A model generated the notes under the pieces. That model saw only the letters and a program-made list of their open reading frames with translations. It ran no database searches and had not been told where the DNA came from. From NCBI RefSeq assembly GCF_006345805.1, contig NC_043005.1, forward strand, positions 60,264,001-60,328,000: a stretch of 64,000 nt of DNA, read 5' to 3'. A program made the translations under genes and the position numbers. This document shows positions 61,432 through 64,000 of the stretch, piece after piece. The DNA is from Octopus sinensis (taxonomy: Eukaryota). Positions within the stretch are counted from its first letter, which is position 1, and each line of letters opens with the position of its first letter.

Positions 61432-61890
61432 ATGTCAGATATTTTCGGCTTCCTTGAGCCTTGTCAATGACGTTTACTATTTAGCCCACTTGCTTAGATG
61501 AAATCTGTCCCTTCCGGTATACAAGAAACAGTGAATGAAACTGTTACAGCGGATAGCCAATATATGGACGAAAACTTGAGGTAGATGATTAAAACAGTAA
61601 AAATTAAAATATACACTTACTTATCATCATTGACAAAGCCCATGGAAGCCAAAACGCATCTCACGTTCTCATGGATCATTGCAGGGCGATGCTCGTCTCA
61701 CTCTGATATGTATTGCTCTTAACAGATCGTGATTACGAAAATACATTTTCTCCGACAAATCATATTATATCCATCAACGGTGAATATACTTAATGATAAT
61801 GCATAGATAACACTTCATTCTCACGGTTTAACTATGACTGATAAATTTCAATCAATGGCTCTGATGACTCAGTAATGAACAAAACTGCAA
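61432..61890. other. Cluster of decayed minimal hammerhead motifs (divergent pair plus a third relic), PLE pLTR-like
   Basis: Minus 61475-61432: gtca ttgacaa ggct caagga agcc gaaa ata tc tgac. Plus 61626-61670: atca ttgacaa agcc catgga agcc aaaa cgca tc tcac. Plus 61861-61890: ctgatga ctca gtaa tgaac aaaac tgca. Confidence 0.5.
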
Positions 61891-63655
61891 ATAATATTTC
61901 GTAGCTACCAATGGTTTCTCCTGTTGATTGTCGTCTTAAGCCATTAACATAATCAGGCTATTGAAATCATTTTATGGTGAAAGCAGTTTACGTGAACTAT
62001 AATCGTCTAATTGAATTACTACTCAATACTTCCACTAACGATTTTTGAGAGCCCTAACTACCTCATGCTCCCTTTTGTATGATCTTACAAGATTTGCATT
62101 CACTTATGTATTAGGTACTTATAAATACACTAGGATCTACTGAAATATTTTAACAAATAATAATATCAAAATCTTGTTTACTTGAAGAGATATATATGTG
62201 AGTGTATTCACACATGCATACACGCACATATATACAGAGGAAAGAACACTCACACATACATATACACGCACACACACACATACAAGGAAAGAAAGGGGGA
62301 GAGAGAGAAAGAGAGAAGGACAATGGGACGAAGCACATAAAGTTGAAGGAGAGGCTAAGAAGTTCATTTCACAATCATGATGTCCAGACTTTGATACTAT
62401 TGTGTGACATCTTTCTTCTCTTTACATAACACATTTCGAGTCACACTTTGGCAGTGGACAATGCACATGCAGGAACTGTGAGAAATCCTCTCGACTGGAA
62501 TGTATCACTAAATGAAAGAGTGAGCCCTTTGCTCACTCACTGCGTCACGTCACCGCATTTTAGGAATATCATTATAAATCAAATCACATTATAAAAGACA
62601 CGTGGCCTTGTGCTAATGGACGAAATCAATAGAAATCAATAAAAGTAAAAATCAATAATCTATTCCTACTGTTAATACTCCATACTCTATCAATGTTTTA
62701 TGTCTGGTTACTACTATAAATTATACACATTTGTATCCAGCGATTGATTGATTTCCAACTATGTTAAGTTTCTACAATTGAATGTTTCAACTAAGAATCC
62801 AATTACAATATGTCCATACCTAATTTTCGCGCGCATTAAAAACATGTCAATATTATTATAAATTACAAGCCTGTCTATGTAACACAACAATATTATTAAG
62901 AATTAACAACCTCGTTAATATTACTTTAAGAAATCATTGCATTCATTGCGAAAAATAAATTGCGAATATATCGATTGGCCTCTTCTCGTGTTTGGTCACA
63001 TAAAGTCTTTTAAATCTTTCATTCAATCTGAACTTTTTAGATATTTGCAAATTTTTTTCTTAATTATAAACAATCAATAGATATTTTTACAAAAACTAAG
63101 GATTTTTTTAATGCTTAATTTGAGGTTATGCAAAGTGATAGTTTAATTTCCGGTCGAATAATTCTGTAAAGCATGAAGTTTCTTATTTTTTATGAAGGTT
63201 GGATCACAGTTTCGGTTCTCAATAGTGTGTCGACTAATCATATTAGTAAAGAATTTATTTTAGGTGAAATTCATGTCTAACTATCTAAAATTTCCATTTT
63301 ATACTATATTTTTATGCCTGGAGAAAATAAATTAATACATGAGTCCCTAATGCACAGAGCCCTCTCCTGTTGTCAAGCTGCAAGTAGAAAATTGGGAAAC
63401 CCTACACAAAGATCAAAAAAACAAATTTTCAGACATATATATGATTCGGTGTTTTATTCAGCAGATTTGATTTGCATTTACTATAGTTTACGGGTTATTT
63501 CCATATCGTCTTCAGTTAGCCATCTAGACAATACTGGAGAAGGCATAAGCTTCGTTTTGCCTTACTCGTAAATTTCGTAAAGACCAAAGGGAGTGTTGCA
63601 TAGTCAGTGAGGTGTATGTGATTTTTTTAACCGAGTCAGTTCAAGATCTAAAGTA

Positions 63656-63799
63656 CCCACAATCTCACTTGAAATCCTTCAAAAGTTAATTTAGTAATTC
63701 ACAATGTGGAGTCAACAAACAATACTCCAACCTACAATATCACTTGAACTCCTTGAAGCCTTAATTTAGCAATTAACAATACGGAGTCAACAAACAATA
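63656..63799. repeat. Diverged 75-bp tandem duplication
   Basis: Two copies of c.acaat.tcacttgaa.tcctt.aa...ttaatttag.aatt.acaat..ggagtcaacaaacaata. Confidence 0.85.
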
Positions 63800-64000
63800 G
63801 TTTAAATGTCATAGTTCATCTGTATGATACTTGTGGTTTTAAAGGCAGGCGTTCACCTTGCATGTCTTAATCAGTAGTGTACTGAATCAACTGTTTAGTA
63901 GAGTGTATTGACAATTTTTCAGTTTATGAATGTGCACCATAACAGGAGATTAGTTTATACAGTAATACAACTCCCTCAATACACTCATTTTAATTCCAAA

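Noticed and set aside
62518-62605. 8-bp hairpin (gagtgagc/gctcactc), CRE-like tgcgtcacgtca, tataaaa and cacgtg cluster as a promoter
   Set aside because: Short motifs are expected by chance in 64 kb, and no downstream exon or other evidence of a transcription start was found.

Overview
This is AT-rich eukaryotic non-genic DNA, dense in microsatellites and retroelements. The SINE families and simple-repeat load look like an Octopus (cephalopod) genome, which is my recognition from memory and not a database result. I found no confident host exon, and most of the supplied ORFs are microsatellite translation artefacts. Recognisable elements are: decayed Penelope-like elements (RT plus GIY-YIG); a tandem array of R4/Dong-clade RLE LINEs inserted in (AAT)n, together with four copies of an unassigned ~550-nt non-coding element that is also bounded by (AAT)n; a Tx1/L1-type 3' fragment inside (TCTA)n; an RTE LINE with an inverted 5' end; a full-length dead mariner; and several tRNA-derived or CORE SINEs. 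The most interesting signals are (1) an apparently core-intact type I hammerhead ribozyme (minus strand, 9082-9180) inside an inverted-repeat-bounded module, plus a set of related fold-back and hammerhead relics, (2) a microsatellite-targeting retroelement ecosystem including a candidate non-autonomous (AAT)n-targeting element, and (3) footprints of insertion or repair mechanisms (twin-priming-like inversion, local templated insertion). All alignments were done by eye.
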